In this document: positions 26,501 to 34,369 of the stretch, in pieces
Numbering within the stretch: the first letter of the stretch is position 1
Layout: each line of letters begins with the position of its first letter
NCBI GenBank assembly: GCA_038245295.1
Contig: JBBRSP010000022.1
Coordinates: 1 to 64,000 of the forward strand
DNA from: Candidatus Binatia bacterium
Lineage (GTDB): Bacteria > Desulfobacterota > Binatia > HRBIN30
Length of the DNA: 64,000 nucleotides
Reading direction: 5' to 3'
Program-made: the position numbers and the translations under genes
Notes under the pieces: model-generated
What the model was told of the DNA's origin: nothing
Seen by the model: only the letters and a program-made list of their open reading frames with translations
Databases searched by the model: none

Positions 26501-27813
26501 TTGATGTCGTCGGCGCTCATGGTGAAGAGCTGCTTCACCTCGTTGGCGGACAGCACGAAGTCGGCGAGTGAACCGTCGTCGCGGCGATACTTGGTGAGGT
26601 TACCGCGGTCGACTTCGTTGCGGGCGGCCGAGTAGAGCAGGGCCGCGACTCCGGCGCCCTTGCCGGTCGCTTCCGACGAACAGGCTCCCGACGCCACCGA
26701 TACGGCGATATGCGGGCTGTAGTTGGTGCAGCCATTGAGCAGGAGGTACGACTTCGGCGACTGCTGCATGCCGGCCAGATCGGCGAAGTGGGTGACCGAG
26801 TTCACCTCGATCGTATGCTCGTAGTTGGCCGGGTAGTTGTGATGACCCGACTCTTCATCGGCGGCGGAAGCAATCACGGCGACACCGTGGTTGTAGGCAT
26901 AATCGACGGCCGCTTGCCCGAATGACGATTGGTTGAGTGTACCGAGAGCTTCCTGGATGACCGAGGCGCCGCTGTCGACGCCGAAGATGACGCCCTCGGC
27001 GAAGTTGTTGATCTCGGTGACGAAGCTATCGCCGACGCGAACCATCAGCACCCTGCAGTTCGGGCAGGTGCCGACGTCGCCGCCATTGTCGGCCTCGGCC
27101 GTCGAATCATGCGCCTCGCCGGTGCCGTGGCCGTAGCGCACTTCGTCGAGGGCGTCGTTGTCGTCTTCGTAGAAGTCCCAGCCGGAGATGTCGTCGATGT
27201 AGCCGTTGTTATCTTCATCGACGCCGTTCGAGAACAGGAAGATCAGGTCTTCCGGATCAATGACGCCATTGCCGTTCTGATCGCTGACACGACTATCCTG
27301 CACGTGGGTGGCGTCGGCGAGGTAGTCGCGCATATTGAACAGGGTGTCGTTGTTGCGGTCCCATGGATCGCGCGTGTTGGTGCTGCCTTCCGGCACCGGT
27401 AGCTCGCCGCGATTCAGATAGAACTTGTTGACGATGTCCGGCAGCTGATCCTGCCAGCGGATGCCCGAATCGAGCACGGCGATGAGCACGTCGGGGCGGC
27501 CAGTGGTGACCTGCCAGGCGAGGTCGACGCTGCCACCCTTGACCCCGAAGAGCTCCTGCGGGTTGTTGTCGATGGTGGGATCGCCGGTCTTGTCGCTGGT
27601 TGTCTTCCAGTCGTTGTTGAAGTCGATCGGCCGCGTCGGTGGCGTCGTCGTTGGGAGAAACAGATAGTCGGCATACGCCAGGTCATCGATACAGCTTGCC
27701 GGTATGCCGGGAGCGCTGCAGGGCCGTGGGTTGCTCGGATACGGCAACGTGGCGAAGGCGCGTGTGGCGCACAGGGTGAGGGCGATGGCAAACCAGCCAA
27801 TGTGACGACGCAT
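23551..27813 (-). CDS. Secreted S8 serine peptidase with FG-GAP/VCBS repeats, PT linker and MYXO-CTERM-like anchor
   Basis: VLDSG, GHGT, CSSEATG..AGVAAL; many DLDGDG repeats; C-terminus GGCQV..WLLVGLVGLVRRRRGR; GGAGG RBS. Confidence 0.9.
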   Translation of the reverse strand: MRRHIGWFAIALTLCATRAFATLPYPSNPRPCSAPGIPASCIDDLAYADYLFLPTTTPPTRPIDFNNDWKTTSDKTGDPTIDNNPQELFGVKGGSVDLAWQVTTGRPDVLIAVLDSGIRWQDQLPDIVNKFYLNRGELPVPEGSTNTRDPWDRNNDTLFNMRDYLADATHVQDSRVSDQNGNGVIDPEDLIFLFSNGVDEDNNGYIDDISGWDFYEDDNDALDEVRYGHGTGEAHDSTAEADNGGDVGTCPNCRVLMVRVGDSFVTEINNFAEGVIFGVDSGASVIQEALGTLNQSSFGQAAVDYAYNHGVAVIASAADEESGHHNYPANYEHTIEVNSVTHFADLAGMQQSPKSYLLLNGCTNYSPHIAVSVASGACSSEATGKGAGVAALLYSAARNEVDRGNLTKYRRDDGSLADFVLSANEVKQLFTMSADDINFDARPDLDPPLPQNYSLDSPYPGVVSSSRFPSIEGFDQYFGYGRMNANSAVRRVVNGKIPPEAAIDSPRWFQTIAGGDSIEVHGRVAANRAASYTYLVDVAPGVQPKANDFEPVGTMSANQTQALTGTLATIPLAALIARMPHGIEGVAVDANGRPDPDRFTVTVRVRVVDSHGNAGEDRKAFFLHRDADLVTDEPVYLGSDGAASPVFADLDGDGVDDLIVATSDGIVHAFRTRSLTELPGWPVHTNLREIHTGSRAYAAGVSSSVYSSILGSPAVGDLDRDGRMEVVANDLQGHVYVWDTQGVRRPGFPVSTIADYSYSHRSERDLGTPTGRVPDLTNRHNIDNRLGRGFGCGPVLANLDGSADGSLEILAGSADRHLYAWHNNGDPVHGWPVMLRDPAKVASVDPITNELVLNANAKQAYGTKIIVPPSVGDIDGDGKLDVVAAVNEEYRERPNAFFDSLLIQLFQAGGLLESGNGRLYAINNDGVAHGSHPIDRGWNPDAFKPGWPVKVAMLTTELLPTVGSGINGSPALADLNGDGKPEIGVFAFLGPAYVWNGDGTSFLGKTGTNLPITLGAQNFGPGSPSTDIPAYPGLGGGVFAEMNGAGQGFQFVAPSAGLGQALDANLPGKQYPSDNLVGVWDVTNADGSLASLKFRPAFPRLAADQQFLSSPSVADISGDGFPETLSGSGIYDVNAYDRDGISPAGWPKFTGGWTVTTPATGDIDGDGKRDVASLTREGNLFVWTTRGDACGAAPWPQYHHDATSTGNYATDAVAPMGLKNAQLLSTIGSGEDISLRLVGVPGDDGYCGPVATFDVRFSPNPIVDQAQFQAAAHASASMLPTTAGRDQVATVNFNLTHAGHPSTVYVAGRTMDGSGNASEIVSFGTVAIEGPTLTATRTNTQVATPTPPPTASPTIVDHVPPTMTSTRTHTVAPTNTAQQPTATRVPSHDNGGCQVAPVGSGNAVWLLVGLVGLVRRRRGR

Positions 27814-28003
27814 CAAAGTAAACCTCCCGGGAGACGCGGGTTCTCTATCACTTGGATCGCCGCCGACTCAACGATGCTGTGCCGTGCGGTTGGATTCGTT
27901 GTGCGAATGCCCTGCCTTCCGTCGCTCGAGGCTCGTGGGCGCGTCACGCGTCGTGCTAACGCCGCTTGCGACCCCGCTCGAATTACGCTCTTCTACACCG
28001 CCT

Positions 28004-28972
28004 ATGTACGGGCCCTTCGCCAACGAGCTCACACGTCGCCTGCAGTTGCTGTTCAACAATCCGCCCGCGGTGACCACCGTCGAGGTGGCGGTGGTGAGTG
28101 CCACGGCAGCGTTCCTGATGCTGGTGCCGCCGCTGTTTGCGCTCGGCGATGCGCGGCGGCGGCGTGCGGCGTTGCGCCCACCACCGGTGGAGCCAACACC
28201 CGCGTGGCTGCCTCCGGAGCCGCAAGCGGCTGAGGCAACAGACTCGTCAGGCTTGAGTGATGCGTCCACCGACATTCCGCCCAGTACGGATGCATCGCTC
28301 ATTCTAGGCGAAGTTTCTGGTGTGGCGGCCGACGCCGCCAATGAAGTTGTTGCTGAGCCGGCGGGCCCATTAAACCTCACAGAGCTCCCCGTCACCTCCG
28401 AACCGCCAGCCCCTGCAGAGCTCTCCCCGGTCTCGGTACCCGAACCCCCGCCCGCCCCGGTTGTCCTGCCCGCGGAGCCAGTGCACACACCCGTGATGGA
28501 AGCCCGCGAATCCGTGCCCCCGGTGGCGCACGCCGCCCTGCCGCCGATCGAGCGGTTGCCGGAAGTGATCTCGGCAGGCGCGCCGCTCGCCGCTGTTGCG
28601 GGCCCGTTCACGCCGCGGCCGACGAGTGTGGCGGCGCCGCATGAGTTTGCCTTGTTCGACCTTCGACAGGCGCGGTTGACCGACTGGCCGCCGCGCGACC
28701 TGCATACCGACGCCGAGCAAAGTCGGCTGTGGCAAGAGGGTGAACGCCTGGCGGCGCGTTATGACGCGCGCATCAGCAAGCTGCCGCTACACGCCCCGTG
28801 GGAGCCCGAATCGACGGCGCTGGCGCGCGTCGACTGTGACGGCAGTTCGTACCGGTTGCACTTCTTTCTGTTTGCGGATCTGTGGCCGAGCTCGCTTGCC
28901 GATGCGGTTGGCCGCGCGGTATTCGAAATCGATCCCGCGACCGACGCCGTCGAAGGTTGGGTCGAAGCCTAG
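28004..28972 (+). CDS. Hypothetical membrane-anchored Pro/Glu-rich protein
   Basis: N-terminal hydrophobic helix, low-complexity linker, globular C-terminus; start uncertain. Confidence 0.6.
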   Translation: MYGPFANELTRRLQLLFNNPPAVTTVEVAVVSATAAFLMLVPPLFALGDARRRRAALRPPPVEPTPAWLPPEPQAAEATDSSGLSDASTDIPPSTDASLILGEVSGVAADAANEVVAEPAGPLNLTELPVTSEPPAPAELSPVSVPEPPPAPVVLPAEPVHTPVMEARESVPPVAHAALPPIERLPEVISAGAPLAAVAGPFTPRPTSVAAPHEFALFDLRQARLTDWPPRDLHTDAEQSRLWQEGERLAARYDARISKLPLHAPWEPESTALARVDCDGSSYRLHFFLFADLWPSSLADAVGRAVFEIDPATDAVEGWVEA

Positions 28973-28988
28973 AGACGGCTGGCGTAGG

Positions 28989-29161
28989 GTAGGCGCAGGT
29001 CTTCAGCCTGCGCTGAGGTTGCATTGGGCCTACGAGCTGGTGAAAGAATCGACTTCCGGAAATTATGGTGCCTCAATTCCATTGACGTTTGTCGTCTGGA
29101 TCGCGCGAAACCCGGGATTGTTTCACAAGCTCTGCGACCGCAAGCTGAAGCTTGCGCCTAC
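28989..29161. repeat. GTAG-REP heterodoublet enclosing a MITE
   Basis: REP 28989-29012 (+) and REP 29139-29161 (-). Confidence 0.8.
29034..29132. mobile_element. 99-bp MITE-like element with 17-bp TIRs
   Basis: GAGCTGGTGAAAGAATC / GATTGTTTCACAAGCTC pair at 15/17; lower-GC interior. Confidence 0.7.
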
Positions 29162-29192
29162 CCGTCGAACCGGGTGGACTGGCGCGAGCGAT

Positions 29193-29882
29193 TTACGGAC
29201 ACTTGACCCCGCCGGCGGCACGAATGAGTTGATCGAGCAACTTCGCCTCGTCGGGCCGCAGCGCGGCGCGCCTCTTCTGGCATTCGCATAAGTGTGGGCG
29301 CGCCTCGCCGGTATCACCGAGCGAGATGTATCCTTCGGCGACACGCAGGTGGTTCTCAACCAAGCCGGGATTGCGGTCGACCAGCTCTTCCAGGAGGTCG
29401 ATGCCGGTCTCGGAGTTGCCGTACTTGAGGAACTTCGCCGGTGCCATGACGTAGAGCGTTCCGAGAAGCCGTGTGGCGGCGCCGTCGCGGAAGTTGGGAT
29501 CAAGCTGACGACTGCGGCGTGCACATTGCTCGACTTCTCCGAGCTCCAAAACGGCGAGCAATCCGCGGTGCTGCACGTAGCGTCCGAGAACCGCGGCGCA
29601 GGCAAACGTGGCGGGCGCCGTGTCGGCGGCGTGGGCTTGCACGAATTCGAGGGCGAACTGGCGATCCGCACCGCGCTCGCGCCCTTCCGCGATGAGCGCC
29701 TCGAGTGCGTCCGAGACAGCCAACGGGTCATTGCTCAGCGCCGCGGCATCCATTTCCGAATGCACCCGTCGCGGCAAGACGGCGCAGCCCGATGTCAGCA
29801 GAAATGAGAGTGCGATCAGCGTGCTGCCAAGAGCGGCACTACACCGAATACCGCCCGATGCATCGGTGGAATTATTCGCCAT
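29193..29882 (-). CDS. TPR-like lipoprotein, resembling TRAP-associated TatT
   Basis: Lipobox LTSGC; LDPNFRDGAATRLLGTLYVMAP..G helical repeats. Confidence 0.65.
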   Translation of the reverse strand: MANNSTDASGGIRCSAALGSTLIALSFLLTSGCAVLPRRVHSEMDAAALSNDPLAVSDALEALIAEGRERGADRQFALEFVQAHAADTAPATFACAAVLGRYVQHRGLLAVLELGEVEQCARRSRQLDPNFRDGAATRLLGTLYVMAPAKFLKYGNSETGIDLLEELVDRNPGLVENHLRVAEGYISLGDTGEARPHLCECQKRRAALRPDEAKLLDQLIRAAGGVKCP

Positions 29883-30738
29883 ACGCTGCAATCACGTCGG
29901 CGTAGTCGACGTTTGTTGCGGCCTTGAGCGCCACGATGCCGACTTCCTCGCACACCTTACGATCATCGCCATCGCAGATCCCTGCCATTTCCTTGCTGAA
30001 GCGGGTTCGTTCCGCCTCGCTGGCGCGCGGGAATGCGACGACGGGCATGGCGGGCAACATGGCGCTCTTCCAGACGGAATGCAGCCCGTTGCCGCCATCG
30101 ATGTGGGCCAACTCGGCAAGTTGTGCGTCGTCAATGAGAGCGCACAGCGCCTCCCCCGACAGGACTTTGCGGATGGTTTGCAGCGGCCGTGCCGTCTGCA
30201 TGATTTCGAAGTCGCTGAGTTTGAAGGCGCCGCGCGCGATAATCTTTTCAACGAATCGGTCGTCGCGCGTGTGATTGGAGGCGAGGACCTTCGTCTTGCA
30301 GCCGGCCAGATCGGTCGCCGTGGCGCTGACCACGTGGTACTCGCGGCCGCCGATGAGGCTAGAATCGACCTGGCCCACGACATCGAGCTTGTATTTCTGG
30401 CGCAGCGCCAAGAAGGCGCCGAGCGAGATGATGCCGTAGTGCGGCTTATCATTCTCAATGTAGAGCTCGGCCCCTTGACGGTCGGTGAGGTACTGGCCTC
30501 TGCCGCCACCACTCCACTCGTTGGCGCTGGCAGCGATATCGATGAACTTGTCGACGAAAGGCTGCGCCTGCACGGGGCTGCCGACCCCGTGCTCTTTGAG
30601 CACGAGGACCGGAACCGCAGGATCCCTAGCGAGAGCGATGCGGAGGACACAAGAGATCACCGCGCAGGTGACCAGACTGCCTAAAAGTTGTCGCACGGCG
30701 CGTCTCCCTATCAACAGAATTGGCGGATGAGAAGCCAT
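29872..30738 (-). CDS. Periplasmic substrate-binding-like protein (PhnD/SsuA-type fold)
   Basis: Signal-like N-terminus; VLSGEALCALID, SAMLPAMPVV; overlaps the downstream gene. Confidence 0.6.
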   Translation of the reverse strand: MASHPPILLIGRRAVRQLLGSLVTCAVISCVLRIALARDPAVPVLVLKEHGVGSPVQAQPFVDKFIDIAASANEWSGGGRGQYLTDRQGAELYIENDKPHYGIISLGAFLALRQKYKLDVVGQVDSSLIGGREYHVVSATATDLAGCKTKVLASNHTRDDRFVEKIIARGAFKLSDFEIMQTARPLQTIRKVLSGEALCALIDDAQLAELAHIDGGNGLHSVWKSAMLPAMPVVAFPRASEAERTRFSKEMAGICDGDDRKVCEEVGIVALKAATNVDYADVIAAYGE

Positions 30739-30778
30739 GATGTGGAAGAATATTGCGCAGGCAGGCTGTGCGGCCTGC

Positions 30779-33700
30779 CTACGAATGCAGCAAAACGATG
30801 ATGTCGGCGGCATTCACGAGACCGTCGCCGTTCAGGTCGGCAGTCGCTTCCAAGGCGATCGGTTCAAAAATCTGATGCAGTAGCAACGCGAGGTCGCGCC
30901 GATCGACGACGCCATCGCGATTCAAGTCACCCGGTTGCGGCGTGGTTGTCGGTGTGGGGCTCGGTGTTAGCGATGCGCTCGGCGTTGGTGTTGCGGTTGC
31001 CGTCGGCGTCGGTGTGGTGCTTGGCGTGGTCGTCGCTGTATCGGTGGGCGTGTCGGTGGGCGACGCCGTCGGCGTCAGCGTCGGGGTTTCCGTTGAGGTA
31101 GGCGACTCCGAGGCGGTTGGCGTCGGCGACGGAGTCTGGGTCTCCGTCGGTGTGCCCGTCTCCGAAGGGGTTGGCGTTGGCGTCTCCGTACCGGTCTCCG
31201 TTGGGGTCACCGTCGGCGGCTCGGTTTCTGTCGGCGTGGCCGTCAAGGTGGGTGGTCGCGTATCGGTGGGTGAAGCGGTGATCGTCGGTGTGCGCGTCGG
31301 CGGCTTGGTCAACGTCGCTGAGATCGTTGGAGTTGCGCTGATCGTCGGTGTTTCGGTTGGCGTGCCGGTCTGCGAGGCCGTTGTGGTGATCGTCGGGGTG
31401 CCGCTCATCGTCGGCGTCGCCGTGATGCTGGCCGTCTGAGTGATCGTGCCGGTGGCGCTTGGGCTCGGTGAGCTGGTCGCCGTCGGCGTCTGGCTTGGCG
31501 TCGCCGACTCCGTTGGTGACGCCGTGTTGGTCGGCGTGCCCGTCTCAGAGGGCGTCGCGGTTGGGCTGCTGCTTGGCGTGGCGGTTGCGGTCGACGTATT
31601 CGTCGCCGTTCCCGTTTCCGTGGCGGTCGCCGTCATGGTTGGTGACGCACTGCGCGTCGGTGTCGCGCTCACGGTCGGGGTATCGGTTGCGGTTGGTGTT
31701 GCCGTCAGAGTTGGCGGCCGCGTCCGCGTCGACGTACGCGTCGTCGTCGGCGTCAACGTTCCCCCGGTTGGAGTCAGGGTAACCGTCGGCGTGCGACTCG
31801 GCGGCGGCGTTGAGGTTGCGGTGAACGTTGGACCCGTGGGCGTCGGGGAAAGGGTCCATGTCGGTGTCGGCGTGCGTGTGCTGGTTTGCGTCCGGGTCGG
31901 TTGATCGGTCGGTGTAATGCTCGGCGTGAACGTCCTCGTCGGCGTCGGTGTGAAGGGTGGCGTCGCGGTTTCCGTGGATGTCGGCGTATCCGTGCGTGTC
32001 ACGGTCGGAGTGCGCGTCTCGGTACGCGTTGCTGCATCCGTCGATGTTGCCGTCGGGGTGCGGGTGTTGCTCGGGGTGCGGGTGTTGGTGGTCGTGCCCG
32101 ACGGCGTCAGCGTCGGCGTGTTGGTGGCCGTTGGCGTTTGCGTGAAGCTCTGCGTGACGGTCCATGTCGGCGTGTTTGTGGCGGTGCGCGAGGGTGTATC
32201 GGATGGCGTCTGGGTTCCGGTCGGCGTCGACGTGCGTGTTCCGGTGCGTGTTGGCGTGTTCGTGCGTGTTCCTGTGTTTGACGGCGTCGCGGTGACACTC
32301 GGCGTTGCCGACGGGCTCGGCGTCGCGGTGCGCGTTGCGGTGGCGGTCGGCGTGTCGGTAATCGTCGGCGTCGCGGTCGACGTCACCGACGGGGACGGCG
32401 TCCGCGTTGCTGTGAAGGTCGCCGTCGCCGTCGGCGACGCCGTGGCGGTAAAGGTCTTGGTGGGTGTCGCGGTGTTGGTCGGCGTCCACGTCTCGGTTGG
32501 CGTATTGGTGCTGGTGACGGTTCGCGTTGCTGTGCGTGTCGGCGTGTCGGTCGTGGTCGCGGTTGGCGACGCCGTGCCGCTGGCGGTTGCCGAAGGCGTC
32601 GAGGTGCGGCTGGGCAGGGGAGTGCGCGTGATGGTCGATGTCACGGTGACGGTGGGTGACGCACTGGGCGTGCGTGTCGGCGACGGCGTGCGTGTGAACG
32701 TCGGCGTTGGAAAACTGAAACGCAGACGCCCGATCCACGTGCCCCAGGTGTTGGCCGGTGTGGTCGCGTATTCGCCGAAAGCCCAGAAGTTGCCAGTGCT
32801 CGGATCAACTGTGATGGTGTTGTAGTCGCCCCAACGATTGCGCGACTGGCTATCCAGCTTCACGTAAGGGGCACTGCCGGCGACGAGCAGCGCGCTGGGT
32901 GGGACGATGTTGCGCGGATCAGACGCGAGTTGGCCGAGGAAACGCACGCCGATGAAGTCCTGGTCGCTCGACTGGTTGAACAAAACGGCGGCGTTTCCGG
33001 ACGGATCAACGGTGACGGCAGGGTAGTAGGTGTACACGCCATTGCCGCCGATCAGCATGTCCTGAAGCACCGCCGGGTTCGGGAATGGGATGGTGTCGAT
33101 CTGAAAGAGCCGTGTTGCCGACACGGTGCCGGTCCCGAAGTTATTGGCGACGGCGACGGTGGCCCACAGTGACTGGTTGCGCAGCACCGCACTGATGATG
33201 CGTGGCCCACCGGTCTCGATGCGCTGCGTGGTCCCGGCTTGCGACGCGCTGGGCGGTGTGAAGCAAGGGCTGCCGACGTTGACGTCGGCGGAGAAGAGCA
33301 CCGGGTCGCTGTTGGGTGGATGACTGACGCGCCACAGGGTCAGGGCGCAGGCGTTCGGAAATTGGCTCGCGACGATGAGTCCGGCAAGGCTGTTGCCCAG
33401 GCTCTGCGCCGCTTGCAAATGCACGGCGCGGCCGGATGTGGTCGACAGGTTGCTGAAGTCGAAGAACGACGCCGGCAGGCCGGAGAGCAACGGTGCTTTG
33501 GCAACGACTCGGATCTTGGCTCCTTGAAACAGGAAGGTGTTCACGTCGAACATGTTGCCGGTCAGGTAGATGGCGTTGTCGTCGACCCCGAGCGACGGCA
33601 GGTCGGCGAAGTTGTTGGTCGGCATCGCGTTGTCCTGCGCCGCGTTGAGCGCGTAGTAGAACCAGTCGCCGGTGGGGTCACCGTTGACGGACACGGCGAG

Positions 33701-34189
33701 TAGGAAGAAGGCGGCGAAGGGTGAGTCGCGGCGCGAGGCGACCGTCAGGAAGAAGTGGCCGCTGTCGTAGAGGACCCGCGGGTCGGTGAGAAAGTCGTCG
33801 GCCAGGGCGATCGGGGCGAAAAACCCGGCCAGCGAATTCTCTCCGACGATGCTCTGATCCTTCAGGAAGACACGGAAGGTGCCATTGGTGACGGCGACCA
33901 AGTGATCGATGCCGGCGGCGATGCTCGGGTTGGGTGGTACGAGGCCGTTGTAGTCGATCCCCGAGAACGACTGCACAGCTTGCAATACAATCGGGTCGGC
34001 GGCGGTGGCGTTGGCGCGGCGCCGGTAGTTCTGGCTTGGCACGACCAGGGTCGGGCGCCAGCGGAACGGGTCGACCGGTTCGACATCCGAGGCCCGCACG
34101 GCGTTTGCCGACGTCAGGGCGAGCAACAACACGAACGCCAGGCTGCGGACGTGTGATCGGAGTCGTGAGTCGCGGAGGCACAACGGCAT
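30779..34189 (-). CDS. Large secreted protein: N-terminal beta-rich domain, ~590-aa Thr/Pro stalk, C-terminal dockerin-like domain
   Basis: Signal peptide; [24 protein letters not shown] repeats ~30935-32712; [28 protein letters not shown]. Confidence 0.88.
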   Translation of the reverse strand: MPLCLRDSRLRSHVRSLAFVLLLALTSANAVRASDVEPVDPFRWRPTLVVPSQNYRRRANATAADPIVLQAVQSFSGIDYNGLVPPNPSIAAGIDHLVAVTNGTFRVFLKDQSIVGENSLAGFFAPIALADDFLTDPRVLYDSGHFFLTVASRRDSPFAAFFLLAVSVNGDPTGDWFYYALNAAQDNAMPTNNFADLPSLGVDDNAIYLTGNMFDVNTFLFQGAKIRVVAKAPLLSGLPASFFDFSNLSTTSGRAVHLQAAQSLGNSLAGLIVASQFPNACALTLWRVSHPPNSDPVLFSADVNVGSPCFTPPSASQAGTTQRIETGGPRIISAVLRNQSLWATVAVANNFGTGTVSATRLFQIDTIPFPNPAVLQDMLIGGNGVYTYYPAVTVDPSGNAAVLFNQSSDQDFIGVRFLGQLASDPRNIVPPSALLVAGSAPYVKLDSQSRNRWGDYNTITVDPSTGNFWAFGEYATTPANTWGTWIGRLRFSFPTPTFTRTPSPTRTPSASPTVTVTSTITRTPLPSRTSTPSATASGTASPTATTTDTPTRTATRTVTSTNTPTETWTPTNTATPTKTFTATASPTATATFTATRTPSPSVTSTATPTITDTPTATATRTATPSPSATPSVTATPSNTGTRTNTPTRTGTRTSTPTGTQTPSDTPSRTATNTPTWTVTQSFTQTPTATNTPTLTPSGTTTNTRTPSNTRTPTATSTDAATRTETRTPTVTRTDTPTSTETATPPFTPTPTRTFTPSITPTDQPTRTQTSTRTPTPTWTLSPTPTGPTFTATSTPPPSRTPTVTLTPTGGTLTPTTTRTSTRTRPPTLTATPTATDTPTVSATPTRSASPTMTATATETGTATNTSTATATPSSSPTATPSETGTPTNTASPTESATPSQTPTATSSPSPSATGTITQTASITATPTMSGTPTITTTASQTGTPTETPTISATPTISATLTKPPTRTPTITASPTDTRPPTLTATPTETEPPTVTPTETGTETPTPTPSETGTPTETQTPSPTPTASESPTSTETPTLTPTASPTDTPTDTATTTPSTTPTPTATATPTPSASLTPSPTPTTTPQPGDLNRDGVVDRRDLALLLHQIFEPIALEATADLNGDGLVNAADIIVLLHS

Positions 34190-34369
34190 GAAACGGCGGG
34201 CTTAGCGGAAAAGAGCGCCGAGCAAAACTCGCGGCACTGCGGAAGTGACGACACAGGTCGGCAAATCGTTGACTGATTATTGCGGAGGGCATGTCCGGCG
34301 CACATCCTGCGCATAGCAGGTTGACTCCGGCCGCATTCCCGGTGACAACGCCGCGCGAGGGGATCACTC

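Noticed and set aside
30942..32825. Val/Gly-rich ORFs on the + strand
   Set aside because: Antisense shadows of the Thr/Pro repeat region.
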